Shown piece by piece: positions 1 to 7,941 of a DNA stretch of 64,000 nucleotides; position 1 is the stretch's first letter; every line of letters starts with the position of its first letter. The stretch spans positions 21,240 through 85,239 of the forward strand of contig JAUYIT010000008.1 of NCBI GenBank assembly GCA_030688315.1, read 5' to 3'. A model generated the notes under the pieces. The model had not been told where the DNA came from, did not search any database, and was given only the letters and a program-made list of their open reading frames with translations. Source of the stretch: Candidatus Komeilibacteria bacterium. GTDB lineage: Bacteria > Patescibacteriota > Patescibacteriia > UBA1558 > UBA10009. Position numbers and translations under genes: made by a program.

Positions 1-201
<201 letters not shown>

Positions 202-218
202 TCGTCGTAGTCACTTTT

Positions 219-258
219 CAGCTTTCGCGTCCGAGTAAAACTCGGCCGCCTCAGCTTC
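219..258 (-). repeat. REP-like palindromic element, copy A
   Basis: Reverse complement GAAGCTGAGGCGGCCGAGTTTTACTCGGACGCGAAAGCTG matches 391-429 in inverted orientation. Confidence 0.75.
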
Positions 259-277
259 AATATGTCTACTCCTCTTC

Positions 278-300
278 AAAATCCACCTGCGGTGGATTTT
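278..300. repeat. Perfect hairpin (terminator or REP-like)
   Basis: AAAATCCACC-TGC-GGTGGATTTT. Confidence 0.55.
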
Positions 301-390
301 TGATTAAATAAACTTAATCTATGATAGCTATATTTTAACTAAAAATCAAGTACTTCCATTATAGCAAATTTTGAAAGGGGCATATTTACG

Positions 391-429
391 GAAGCTGCAG
401 CGGCCGAACTTGTTCGGACGCGAAAGCTG
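391..429 (+). repeat. REP-like palindromic element, copy B
   Basis: GAAGCTGCAGCGGCCGAACTTGTTCGGACGCGAAAGCTG, enclosed by ATATTTAC/GTAAATAT. Confidence 0.75.
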
Positions 430-446
430 CAGTAAATATTGACCCG

Positions 447-521
447 TGGTGCCCTGACCAAGAATCGAACTTGGATCTAGACGTTAGGAGTGTCTTGTTC
501 TATCCGTTGAACTATCAGGGC
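447..521 (-). tRNA. tRNA-Arg(CCT)
   Basis: Reverse complement GCCCTGATAGTTCAACGGATAGAACAAGACACTCCTAACGTCTAGATCCAAGTTCGATTCTTGGTCAGGGCACCA; anticodon loop CT-CCT-AA; encoded CCA. Confidence 0.93.
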
Positions 522-538
522 CTCGCATTTAAATTAAA

Positions 539-554
539 TGTTCCACGTGGAACA
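539..554. promoter_or_regulatory. parS centromere site
   Basis: Perfect 16-bp palindrome TGTTCCACGTGGAACA matching the canonical chromosomal parS, about 7 kb from oriC. Confidence 0.9.
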
Positions 555-652
555 TTTTGATCTTAAAATATTAGTTCTAAATCAAAAAATGGCCAAATTC
601 AGCAGAAAAGAAGGTTCGTAAAATATTACAACCAGAGCTAGGTTTGCTGAAA

Positions 653-787
653 TTAAAAATACTTTTGCGCGATTCTATCTAAAATACCGGTCTGATTATT
701 CCAGATCGTCAGAGCCACCATGGCCACGGCAATTAGGCCGAATAAAGCCAATGCTCTATTTAAATTCCTCTTAATGTTTTGTTGCAT
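653..787 (-). CDS. Small single-TM protein (44 aa), not in the ORF track
   Basis: MQQNIKRNLNRALALFGLIAVAMVALTIWNNQTGILDRIAQKYF: basic N-terminus followed by a hydrophobic helix. Confidence 0.55.
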   Translation of the reverse strand: MQQNIKRNLNRALALFGLIAVAMVALTIWNNQTGILDRIAQKYF

Positions 788-935
788 AAATATTCTTGGC
801 TAATTTTTAAATCTCCCTTAATATAATACAGTTCCTACTATTTGTCTACCCCAAAACTAATCCACGCCTTATCAACTTTGACAGAATGGCCGCTATTAAC
901 TAAAATTGAACTACTTAACTATTGACCATAAACTT

Positions 936-1325
936 ATGTTTAAAGACGAACCCGGCAAGCAGATTAAAAACGCGGAAACCATTATTGGCCCGTCAGTTAA
1001 AGTTGAGGGAGATTTTGTGGGCGACGGCAACGTGATTGTGGAAGGCATTGTGGTGGGCAACTTAAAAACCAAAAACCATTTAACCATCGGGGCCGAAGCT
1101 AAGGTCAACGCCGAAATTGAAGCCAACAGCGCCTATATTTCGGGCGAAGTGACCGGCAATTTGACTGTGGTTGGTGACGTGGAACTTACGGCCAGCGCCA
1201 GAATCAAGGGCGATATTTCGGCCAGCTCCATTGCTATTGAACGCGGCGCACAGGTCAACGGCCGCCTTAACATGAACGGCGCCAAAAAACCCGAACTCAC
1301 CGAAAAGCACGAGAATAAAAAGTAA
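936..1325 (+). CDS. Bactofilin (polymer-forming cytoskeletal protein)
   Basis: TIIGPSVKVEGDF...VEGIVVGNL...IERGAQVNGRLNM beta-helix repeats; ATG at 936 preferred over TTG at 906. Confidence 0.9.
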   Translation: MFKDEPGKQIKNAETIIGPSVKVEGDFVGDGNVIVEGIVVGNLKTKNHLTIGAEAKVNAEIEANSAYISGEVTGNLTVVGDVELTASARIKGDISASSIAIERGAQVNGRLNMNGAKKPELTEKHENKK

Positions 1326-1343
1326 TTTTGACTTAACGAGCGA

Positions 1344-1485
1344 GGGCAAGAAAATTTTTTTGTCCGAGGGCCTGTCTGAGCCACGCTAACCATTTGCTTA
1401 GGCAATGATATTGCTGTACGCACAGTTAAGCGGTGTCCCAAAATCGGTTGGCGAGTTGACGAGGACGAAAAAATTTTACTTGCCC
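1344..1485 (+). other. Long nested stem-loop element (candidate ncRNA or REP/MITE-like element)
   Basis: Outer stem 1344-1365/1463-1485 and inner stem CGCTAACC/GGTTGGCG, with G-U pairs on the + strand. Confidence 0.5.
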
Positions 1486-1520
1486 AAGCGAAGTTTACCT
1501 GATTCTACTATTTTTATTTT

Positions 1521-2276
1521 ATGTACTTGTACATCTACGATACGTTCTTAAGCGACAAAAAATATTATTCGCTTTTGAATAAAATTGAAAACCGGCTGGC
1601 CGACTTGGAAATCAAGGGCAAGGTCTGCCGTTTGAATATTTTAAAAAACATGAAAGAGGTGGTGGAAGACGGCATTAAGCAGGGCGTGGATACTGTGGTA
1701 GCCGTGGGCAATGATTTAACTTTTTCCAAAATTGTTAACATCATTGCCGAACTTAACGTGACACTGGGCATTATTCCGGTTACTAAAAGCAAGATTGCTG
1801 AAATTTTGGGCGTGCCCGAAGGCGAAGCGGCCTGCGATACATTGGCCCAGCGTTTGATTCAAAAAATTGATTTGGGCAAAATCAGCAACCAGTATTTTAT
1901 CGACTCGGCCACCATTGACGATACCAACGTAATTTTAAGTTTTGATAAATTCCAAATCAGTTCCATTGCCAAAAACGCTTTGGTCACTATTTGCAATCTG
2001 GGCTTTTTAGCCGATAACCAATCCATTTACAAAGAGCGCTTGTCGGTGCCCACCGATGGCCTATTGGAAGCGGTAATCGCGCCCATTAAAGCAACGTTAT
2101 TTTCTAAAAAAATAAAACAGCAGAGCATTTTTCCTTTTACCAAAATCAAGCTGGATAGTAAAGCCGAGCCCGTGACCGTAACCATTGACCAGCAAGCCGT
2201 ATTTAAAACGCCGCTGGAAGTTACTGTCGCGCCAAAAAAACTGAAAGTCGTGGTTGGTTCTAAAAGATTATTTTAA
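1521..2276 (+). CDS. Diacylglycerol kinase family (YegS/DAGK-like) protein
   Basis: VVAVGNDLTF (GGDGT-like), LGIIP, IDLGKI and DGLLE motifs. Confidence 0.75.
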   Translation: MYLYIYDTFLSDKKYYSLLNKIENRLADLEIKGKVCRLNILKNMKEVVEDGIKQGVDTVVAVGNDLTFSKIVNIIAELNVTLGIIPVTKSKIAEILGVPEGEAACDTLAQRLIQKIDLGKISNQYFIDSATIDDTNVILSFDKFQISSIAKNALVTICNLGFLADNQSIYKERLSVPTDGLLEAVIAPIKATLFSKKIKQQSIFPFTKIKLDSKAEPVTVTIDQQAVFKTPLEVTVAPKKLKVVVGSKRLF

Positions 2277-2279
2277 AAC

Positions 2280-2322
2280 AAAAAACGTCCCGACTTTGCG
2301 AAGCAAACGTCGGGACGTTTTT
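2280..2322. terminator. Bidirectional intrinsic terminator
   Basis: A-run-CGTCCCGAC-TTTGCGAAGCAAAC-GTCGGGACG-T-run between convergent genes. Confidence 0.8.
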
Positions 2323-2334
2323 ACTTTCTCAAAT

Positions 2335-3063
2335 TTATTTGTTAACAATCTCAACTTTATTATCCATTTTTTTAAACACCCAGGTCTGCTGAGCTACGCC
2401 TAAAACCGTAATCACCAGCCAATAAAGGGTTAAGCCGGCCGGCAAAGAGGCGCCGATAAACACGGTAATCAAAGGCATAAAATAAGTCATCTGTTTGTTC
2501 ATGATGGCCATGGTGCTGTTTTTATTCTTGTCATTCTGCGGCTGTCGAGCAAACATGAGTTTGGACTGCCAAAACTGGGACAGACCCGCCAATACAGCCA
2601 TGATAATACTGGGTTCGCTTAAATTAATCATTCCCAAAGAAATGGGATTAATGGTGCCGGGATTATAGATGAACGGATAAACCGCGTCCAAACTGCCATT
2701 GCTTAAACCAACGCTGAAAACTTTATACACGGCAATTAAAAACGGCAACTGCAACAACAAAGGCAGGCAGGAAGCAAACGGACTGACTTTTTCTTTTTTA
2801 TAAAGTTCCATTAAAGCCGGCCCCAGCTTTTGCTTGTCGTCTTTGTATTTTTCCTTAAGTTCGTCAATTTTGGGCTGAATCGCCTGCATGGACCGCTGGG
2901 CTTTGATGGACTGCGAAAAAAATGGCCACAATATTAATTTAACAACCACGGTCAACATAATAATGGCTAAACCGATATCGTGGCCCGGCACAATGTTATA
3001 AAAAAAGACCAGGATGTTATACAACGGCTGGTACAAAACGGTGTGGTAAATAGTTGAGATCAT
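2335..3063 (-). CDS. yidC: Membrane protein insertase YidC (short form)
   Basis: GLAIIMLTVVVKLILWP, SCLPLLLQLPFL and PAGLTLYW motifs; rpmH-rnpA-yidD-yidC synteny. Confidence 0.95.
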   Translation of the reverse strand: MISTIYHTVLYQPLYNILVFFYNIVPGHDIGLAIIMLTVVVKLILWPFFSQSIKAQRSMQAIQPKIDELKEKYKDDKQKLGPALMELYKKEKVSPFASCLPLLLQLPFLIAVYKVFSVGLSNGSLDAVYPFIYNPGTINPISLGMINLSEPSIIMAVLAGLSQFWQSKLMFARQPQNDKNKNSTMAIMNKQMTYFMPLITVFIGASLPAGLTLYWLVITVLGVAQQTWVFKKMDNKVEIVNK

Positions 3064-3069
3064 AATAGA

Positions 3070-3300
3070 TTAAACTTGGTCAACGCCGCCTTGGCTGAAC
3101 GGGTTGCATTTTAAAACTCTTTTAATTGATTTAAAAATTCCTTTGGCCAAACCATGCTTCTCAATGGACTGATAGGCGTATTCGGAGCAATGCGGATAAA
3201 AGCGGCAATAGCCGTGCGGATGCTTGTAAGCCAGCCAGCCCGAATCGGGGGAGAGGGTTTTTTGATATAGCCGGATTAATTTGAGAATTGATTTCTTCAT
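3070..3300 (-). CDS. yidD: Membrane protein insertion efficiency factor YidD
   Basis: CRFYPHCSEY...RVLKCNPF..GGVD. Confidence 0.95.
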   Translation of the reverse strand: MKKSILKLIRLYQKTLSPDSGWLAYKHPHGYCRFYPHCSEYAYQSIEKHGLAKGIFKSIKRVLKCNPFSQGGVDQV

Positions 3301-3321
3301 AGTCGCCGACTTTATTCAAAA

Positions 3322-3675
3322 CTATTTTTTCAGCGGAAACAGCAACTTGGCTTTATCAAACAATCCGGCCAGGGCTTCTTCCAGTTGCTGATAACTTTTG
3401 CCCACGGCAACCGCTTTGACCAAAATCATCACATCATGCCCCGGCTTGATTTGTTTCAGATTCAACCGAATAACTTCCGTTAATCTTCTTTTGATTAAAT
3501 TGCGGACCACGGCTTTTTTACTCACTTTGGCCGAAATCACAATCCCAAAACGGCTGTGCGCTAAATTATTGGGTAAAACCTTAGCGCTGAATAAATCCAA
3601 AGAAGCTGGCCGGCCTTTGCGGGCCAATAATTTAAAATCCTGTTCTTTGGCCAGGCGATAAGCGGGCTTAAGCAT
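3322..3675 (-). CDS. rnpA: Ribonuclease P protein component
   Basis: RFGIVISAKVSKKAVVRNLIKRRL (RNR motif region). Confidence 0.95.
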   Translation of the reverse strand: MLKPAYRLAKEQDFKLLARKGRPASLDLFSAKVLPNNLAHSRFGIVISAKVSKKAVVRNLIKRRLTEVIRLNLKQIKPGHDVMILVKAVAVGKSYQQLEEALAGLFDKAKLLFPLKK

Positions 3676-3687
3676 TGCTCGGTTAAA

Positions 3688-3828
3688 TTAAACGGAAAGT
3701 TTTTGGCGGCCCTTGGCGCGGCGGCGCTTTATTACCTTGGTGCCGGTTTTGGTAGCCATTCTTTTTCTAAAACCGTGGGTTCTGGCGCGCTTTCTCTTTT
3801 TGGGCTGGTAGGTTCGCTTAGTTGACAT
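3688..3828 (-). CDS. rpmH: 50S ribosomal protein L34 (46 aa, not in the ORF track)
   Basis: Manual translation [46 protein letters not shown]. Confidence 0.97.
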   Translation of the reverse strand: MSTKRTYQPKKRKRARTHGFRKRMATKTGTKVIKRRRAKGRQKLSV

Positions 3829-3858
3829 ATTTTTTGGTTAATAGAGTTTATATTATTT

Positions 3859-3888
3859 TCAGCCAAAGGCTGATCCGCCTCTGGCGGA
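3859..3888. repeat. Tandem double mini-hairpin (REP-like) in the rpmH leader
   Basis: TCAGCC-AAA-GGCTGA immediately followed by TCCGCC-TCT-GGCGGA. Confidence 0.6.
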
Positions 3889-3899
3889 GAATATCTTGA

Positions 3900-3928
3900 A
3901 TTCTAACAGGATTAGGCGGTTAAGTCAA
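3900..3928 (-). promoter_or_regulatory. Sigma70 promoter of the rpmH operon
   Basis: TTGACT-17-TAGAAT with extended TG. Confidence 0.65.
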
Positions 3929-3933
3929 TGAGT

Positions 3934-3962
3934 TTGACATCGCCGTTCAAATTGGCTAATAT
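3934..3962 (+). promoter_or_regulatory. Sigma70 promoter of the DUF3800 gene
   Basis: TTGACA-17-TAATAT. Confidence 0.6.
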
Positions 3963-4050
3963 TCAGATAATTCAAAAACAGGGTCAATAATCCAGTCGTT
4001 AACCGCGATTGGTTGCTGGCCCTGTTATTTATTTAATAATAATCCTAATT

Positions 4051-4626
4051 ATGCTTGTTTTTATAGACGAATCAGGGATTCATAAACAAACAGATCATTC
4101 TAGCTTTGTTCTTGTTTTTATTGAGGTGAAAGACGAGGCGTTGATTAATGAAAGCATTGAACAAATAGAAAAAGGTTTAAAAATCCAACCATTTCATTGG
4201 GCGGATTTTAGCTCACGCTCGGATTGGAAAATAAGAAAAAAGTTTATCAAAGCAATTTCAATTTTGCCTTTTACTCTAAAATATATTATCGTGAAAAATC
4301 CTATTCTACCGCAGGCCATGCTGCGGTACGCTTTAAACCATTTACTGATTGGGGTTGATATTAAAAAAGTCGTCATTGATGGGCGTCATTCCAGAACCTA
4401 TGAGCAACAATTGAAAACATTATTAAGGCGTTACGGCGTCTCCGTGGATAAATTAAGAGTGGCCAACGATCGGTCGATGCCGGCCTTAAGATTAGCCGAC
4501 GCTTTAGCTGGTTTAATAAGATCATATCATGATAAAAATCCCGATGCCGAAAATCTTTACCAATTGATAGAATCCGCAAATAAAATAACCTCCCACTTGG
4601 AAGTGGGAGGTCAGGCTCACCGCTAG
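4051..4626 (+). CDS. DUF3800 family protein (RNase H-like fold)
   Basis: N-terminal FIDESG, central IDG and C-terminal LRLADALAG motifs; ATG at 4051. Confidence 0.8.
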   Translation: MLVFIDESGIHKQTDHSSFVLVFIEVKDEALINESIEQIEKGLKIQPFHWADFSSRSDWKIRKKFIKAISILPFTLKYIIVKNPILPQAMLRYALNHLLIGVDIKKVVIDGRHSRTYEQQLKTLLRRYGVSVDKLRVANDRSMPALRLADALAGLIRSYHDKNPDAENLYQLIESANKITSHLEVGGQAHR

Positions 4627-4679
4627 ATGGTGTTTAGCCGCCTTTCCCCTTACGGAGGATTTGTCGCGGGCCTCGTTAC
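4581..4679 (-). ncRNA. Candidate DUF3800-associated sRNA (~100 nt), convergent with and overlapping the gene 3' end
   Basis: Minus-strand promoter TTGACA (4713-4708), 16-nt spacer, TAGGAT (4691-4686) with extended TG; internal hairpins; terminal ACCTCCCACTT/AAGTGGGAGGT stem followed by TATTTT. Confidence 0.55.
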
Positions 4680-4729
4680 TTTTTAATCCTATCATAAGCA
4701 AAAATACTGTCAAGCAAAAATTTGAAAAT

Positions 4730-4780
4730 AAAAAAGAGCCCGTGCCGGATTGTTCAGATGAACTTTCCGACACGGGACTC
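4730..4780 (-). terminator. Terminator for the 4836-5210 gene
   Basis: GAGCCCGTGCCGGA...TCCGACACGGGACTC imperfect stem, with an A-run on the + side. Confidence 0.55.
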
Positions 4781-4835
4781 AATGTGAGTGGTGGGACGAT
4801 TTGCCGCTAGATCAAAATCTGCATATCGACATGGA

Positions 4836-5210
4836 TCAGCTCGACGCGAGCAAGAGGTCGACCTCCTGACCCTCGATGACGAAGTGATATACTTCATCTA
4901 GGATAGGGTCGCCGTGAAAGTCCTCCTTACTCATGAGAGTGGCCCCCTTCTCCTGTAGGACATCCGCGACATGGGCGAGCAAAGCTCGCCGTGCCGGAAG
5001 TATGTTCTGCCCGGCAATTGGGCCATTGATGAACCCCGTGCCACCCGTAATAGCATTACGAAAGGCCGGGACGCGGAGGGCTTTCATGTGGTCGCTGAGA
5101 CCTCCCTCCAACATCACCGCATTGCCCAAAGCGAAGGAGTGGTTGAGCCCGACTCCATCGAGAACCTCTAGAACACTGACAACGACTTGACTATTTGAGT
5201 GATCTAACAT
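4836..5210 (-). CDS. Hypothetical protein with atypical composition
   Basis: ATG at 5210 with SD AAGGAG; promoter TTGACA-17-TATTAT upstream; no family recognised. Confidence 0.55.
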   Translation of the reverse strand: MLDHSNSQVVVSVLEVLDGVGLNHSFALGNAVMLEGGLSDHMKALRVPAFRNAITGGTGFINGPIAGQNILPARRALLAHVADVLQEKGATLMSKEDFHGDPILDEVYHFVIEGQEVDLLLASS

Positions 5211-5373
5211 CCAACTCCTTTTGTTTGATTTTGGCCTAGCTTTTGCCAAGCACTTTGATTTGTAATGTTCAGTTTAATCAGGAATAATAACTTACTATTC
5301 ACAAAATGTCAAGATATATGACTTATTAAATATACTAATATTAGCCAAAATAAATACAATGTTGTCAAAAATA

Positions 5374-5402
5374 TTGACAAATTCAGTCAGATTTGCTATC
5401 AT
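5374..5402 (+). promoter_or_regulatory. Promoter of the TrmB-like gene (leaderless), overlapped by a palindrome
   Basis: TTGACA-17-TATCAT with ATG 6 nt downstream; TTGTCAA-AAATA-TTGACAA palindrome at 5362-5380. Confidence 0.65.
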
Positions 5403-5408
5403 TCAAAT

Positions 5409-6137
5409 ATGATCGAAGCTAAAATACTACAAGACCTCGGCTTAACCGAAATTGAAGCCAAAATCTATTTGGCCTCCTTGGAATTGGGCACAGAGACAGT
5501 GCTTAAAATTGCCAAACAGGCCCAAGTTAAACGCCCGACCGCTTATGTGGCTTTGGATAATTTATTTGCCAACGGCTTTGTTTCTAAAGTTCAAAAAAAG
5601 GGCACGACCATGTACGCCGCCGAGAGCCCGGAAATAATCAGTAATAAATTCAAAGAAAAGTTAGCTAACTTTAATGATTTAATGCCGTTCTTTGCCGCCA
5701 AATTCAACCGCGGCCCTAAACCTAAAATAAGATACTATGAAGGCGCCCAAACCTTGCTGGACATTTATACCAAAGTTCTCTTTCCTTCAGCGGAAATATA
5801 TTTTTTTGGTACGGACGTGGCTAAAATTAAAGAAAAGCTACCTCAACTGTTTAACTATGGCGTAACGGCTTTGGCCAAAAAATCCGTTAAGCCGATGGAA
5901 ATAGTTTCGTATAACCCAGCGGGAATTGAATACGTCAAAAAATATGCCGCCGGCCGGCCGATCAAACTGATGCCTAAAAGTTTACCGGTATTTGCCGACG
6001 TGGCCATTACTGAAAATAAGATCTTCATTGTTTCTTTGGATAATCTCTTTGGGGTTTTAATTGAATCGGAGGATTTGGCTAAAACCTTCAAAAACTTTTT
6101 TCTGCTGGCCTGGTCGGCCGCGACCACGGTTAAATAA
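5409..6137 (+). CDS. TrmB-family transcriptional regulator
   Basis: LGLTEIEAKIYLASLELG..IAKQAQVKRPTAY wHTH, followed by PKIRYYEG. Confidence 0.85.
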   Translation: MIEAKILQDLGLTEIEAKIYLASLELGTETVLKIAKQAQVKRPTAYVALDNLFANGFVSKVQKKGTTMYAAESPEIISNKFKEKLANFNDLMPFFAAKFNRGPKPKIRYYEGAQTLLDIYTKVLFPSAEIYFFGTDVAKIKEKLPQLFNYGVTALAKKSVKPMEIVSYNPAGIEYVKKYAAGRPIKLMPKSLPVFADVAITENKIFIVSLDNLFGVLIESEDLAKTFKNFFLLAWSAATTVK

Positions 6138-6297
6138 ACTAAACCCGGCCAAAATTAAATCAACAGGTAATCAACAGCTTATAAACAAACGTTGCCCTGG
6201 TGGGGATATTTAACGTTTTTTTTATTTATGCTAAGATGGAACAACCTTTACAAGAAAAATCGAGTCAAGCTGAGCTTGGCCTAAAAAATAAAAAAAC

Positions 6298-7671
6298 ATG
6301 AACAATGAGCAACTGTGGCAAGCCGTTTTAGGCGAACTGGAGCTGTTAATCAGCAAAGCCAACTTTACCACCTGGTTTAAGAGTACTTTTATAATCTCTT
6401 CAGACAACGAAACCGTGCTGGTGGCCACGCCCAATGCTTTTACCAAAAACTGGCTGGAAAAAAAATATTCCGACCAGCTGCTGCGCGCTTTAAAAAATAT
6501 TACCAGCGACGGGGTTAAAAAAATCAACTTTACCGTGGAAACCAAAAAGCCGATCGCGGGCAAACAAATGGTTGATGCCGTGGCGCCACGATTGAACAGC
6601 CAAACTTCCGCGACCGGTGAAAACACCGACAAGCAGGACATTAACAAGTTCGGCTTAAACCCCAAATACACTTTTGAAAACTTTATCGTGGGCAAAGGCA
6701 ATGAGCTAGCCCACGCCGCCGCCCGGGCCGTAGCCCAAAAGCTGGGCCAGGTTTACAACCCGCTCTTTATTTACGGCGGGGTCGGCTTGGGCAAAACCCA
6801 TTTGGTTCAGGCCGTGGGCAACGAGATCATCAAGAACAACCCCAAACTAAGAATTCTCTATATTAATAGCGAACGCTTTACCAACGATTATGTTCAGGCC
6901 ATTAAATCCGGCCAAACCGAAAGCTTTAAAAAACAGTACCGCACCGTTGACGTGTTGCTGATTGACGATATTCATTTTATGGCCGGCAAGGAGCAGACCC
7001 AGGAAGAGTTCTTCCATACTTTTAACGCTTTGCACCAAAACAACAAGCAGATCATTTTAAGCTCGGACCGGCCGCCTAAAGCCATCCCCGACGTGGAACA
7101 ACGTTTGATTTCGCGCTTTGAATGGGGCATGACCGCTGATGTGAGCTCGCCGGATTTTGAAACCAGAATCGCCATTTTACAGGCCAAATGCCAAGAAAAA
7201 TCCCTTGATCTTTCAGCGGAAATAATTTCCTACCTGGCGGAAAACGTGCAAAACAACGTGCGTGAGCTGGAAGGCGCCTTAAACAGAATTATCGGCGTCC
7301 ACGAGCTTAACAAGAGCGTACCGACCCTGGAATCAACCAAGCAGGTCTTGCAGGCCTTAACCGCTTCCAGCCCCAAAGGCAACTTAACGCCCAAAAAGAT
7401 TATTCAGGCCGTTAGCAGTTATTTTGACGTGTCTATTGAAAACATTGTGGGCGCCTGCCGGCGCAAAGAATTGGTTTTACCAAGACAGATTGTGATGTAT
7501 TTAATGAGGGAAGAAATTAACGCTTCCTACCCGTCCATCGGCCAAGAGCTGGGCGGCCGCGACCACACCACCGCTATTCATGCCTGCAACAAAATTATTG
7601 ACGTGTTAACCAGAGATGAAAAAATGAAAAATGATATTTCCATGATCAAGCAACGTTTGTATCATGCTTAA
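6298..7671 (+). CDS. dnaA: Chromosomal replication initiator DnaA
   Basis: YNPLFIYGGVGLGKTHL, LLIDDI, EEFFHTFN, SRFEWG and GGRDHTT motifs. Confidence 0.99.
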   Translation: MNNEQLWQAVLGELELLISKANFTTWFKSTFIISSDNETVLVATPNAFTKNWLEKKYSDQLLRALKNITSDGVKKINFTVETKKPIAGKQMVDAVAPRLNSQTSATGENTDKQDINKFGLNPKYTFENFIVGKGNELAHAAARAVAQKLGQVYNPLFIYGGVGLGKTHLVQAVGNEIIKNNPKLRILYINSERFTNDYVQAIKSGQTESFKKQYRTVDVLLIDDIHFMAGKEQTQEEFFHTFNALHQNNKQIILSSDRPPKAIPDVEQRLISRFEWGMTADVSSPDFETRIAILQAKCQEKSLDLSAEIISYLAENVQNNVRELEGALNRIIGVHELNKSVPTLESTKQVLQALTASSPKGNLTPKKIIQAVSSYFDVSIENIVGACRRKELVLPRQIVMYLMREEINASYPSIGQELGGRDHTTAIHACNKIIDVLTRDEKMKNDISMIKQRLYHA

Positions 7672-7935
7672 TATGTTGGTTAAAAGTTTGAGGAAAAGTT
7701 TTTGATAACTTGGTGGAGAAAAATAAATTTACTGTTTAAAACTATTCCACTTGTACACAGTAAATTAAACCGCGCCAAAGTTATCCCAAAGTTATTAAAA
7801 AATAATCACAGGAGTTAAGTAAATTAATCAACAAGAACCAACTGGAAATCGCCAATTGGTTATTGCCTAAAATTTACTTTTCAACTTATCAACTCCCCTT
7901 ATTACTATTATCATCAATTATATATTTAAAAAGAA
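7672..7935. other. oriC (dnaA-dnaN intergenic region)
   Basis: AT-rich with several degenerate DnaA boxes (TTGTACACA, TTATCCCAA, TAATCAACA, TTATCAACT), then CCCC and trinucleotide DnaA-trio-like repeats at 7899-7920. Confidence 0.85.
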
Positions 7936-7941
7936 TTGAAT

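Noticed and set aside
481-497. A31-C39 mismatch in the tRNA-Arg anticodon stem as a sign of a pseudogene
   Set aside because: All other arms and the CCA end are intact, and single mismatches at this position are tolerated.
911-1441. Minus-strand ORFs 911-1126, 1080-1349, 1133-1441 and similar short antisense ORFs throughout the track
   Set aside because: Shadow frames of well-supported genes on the opposite strand, with no recognisable motifs.
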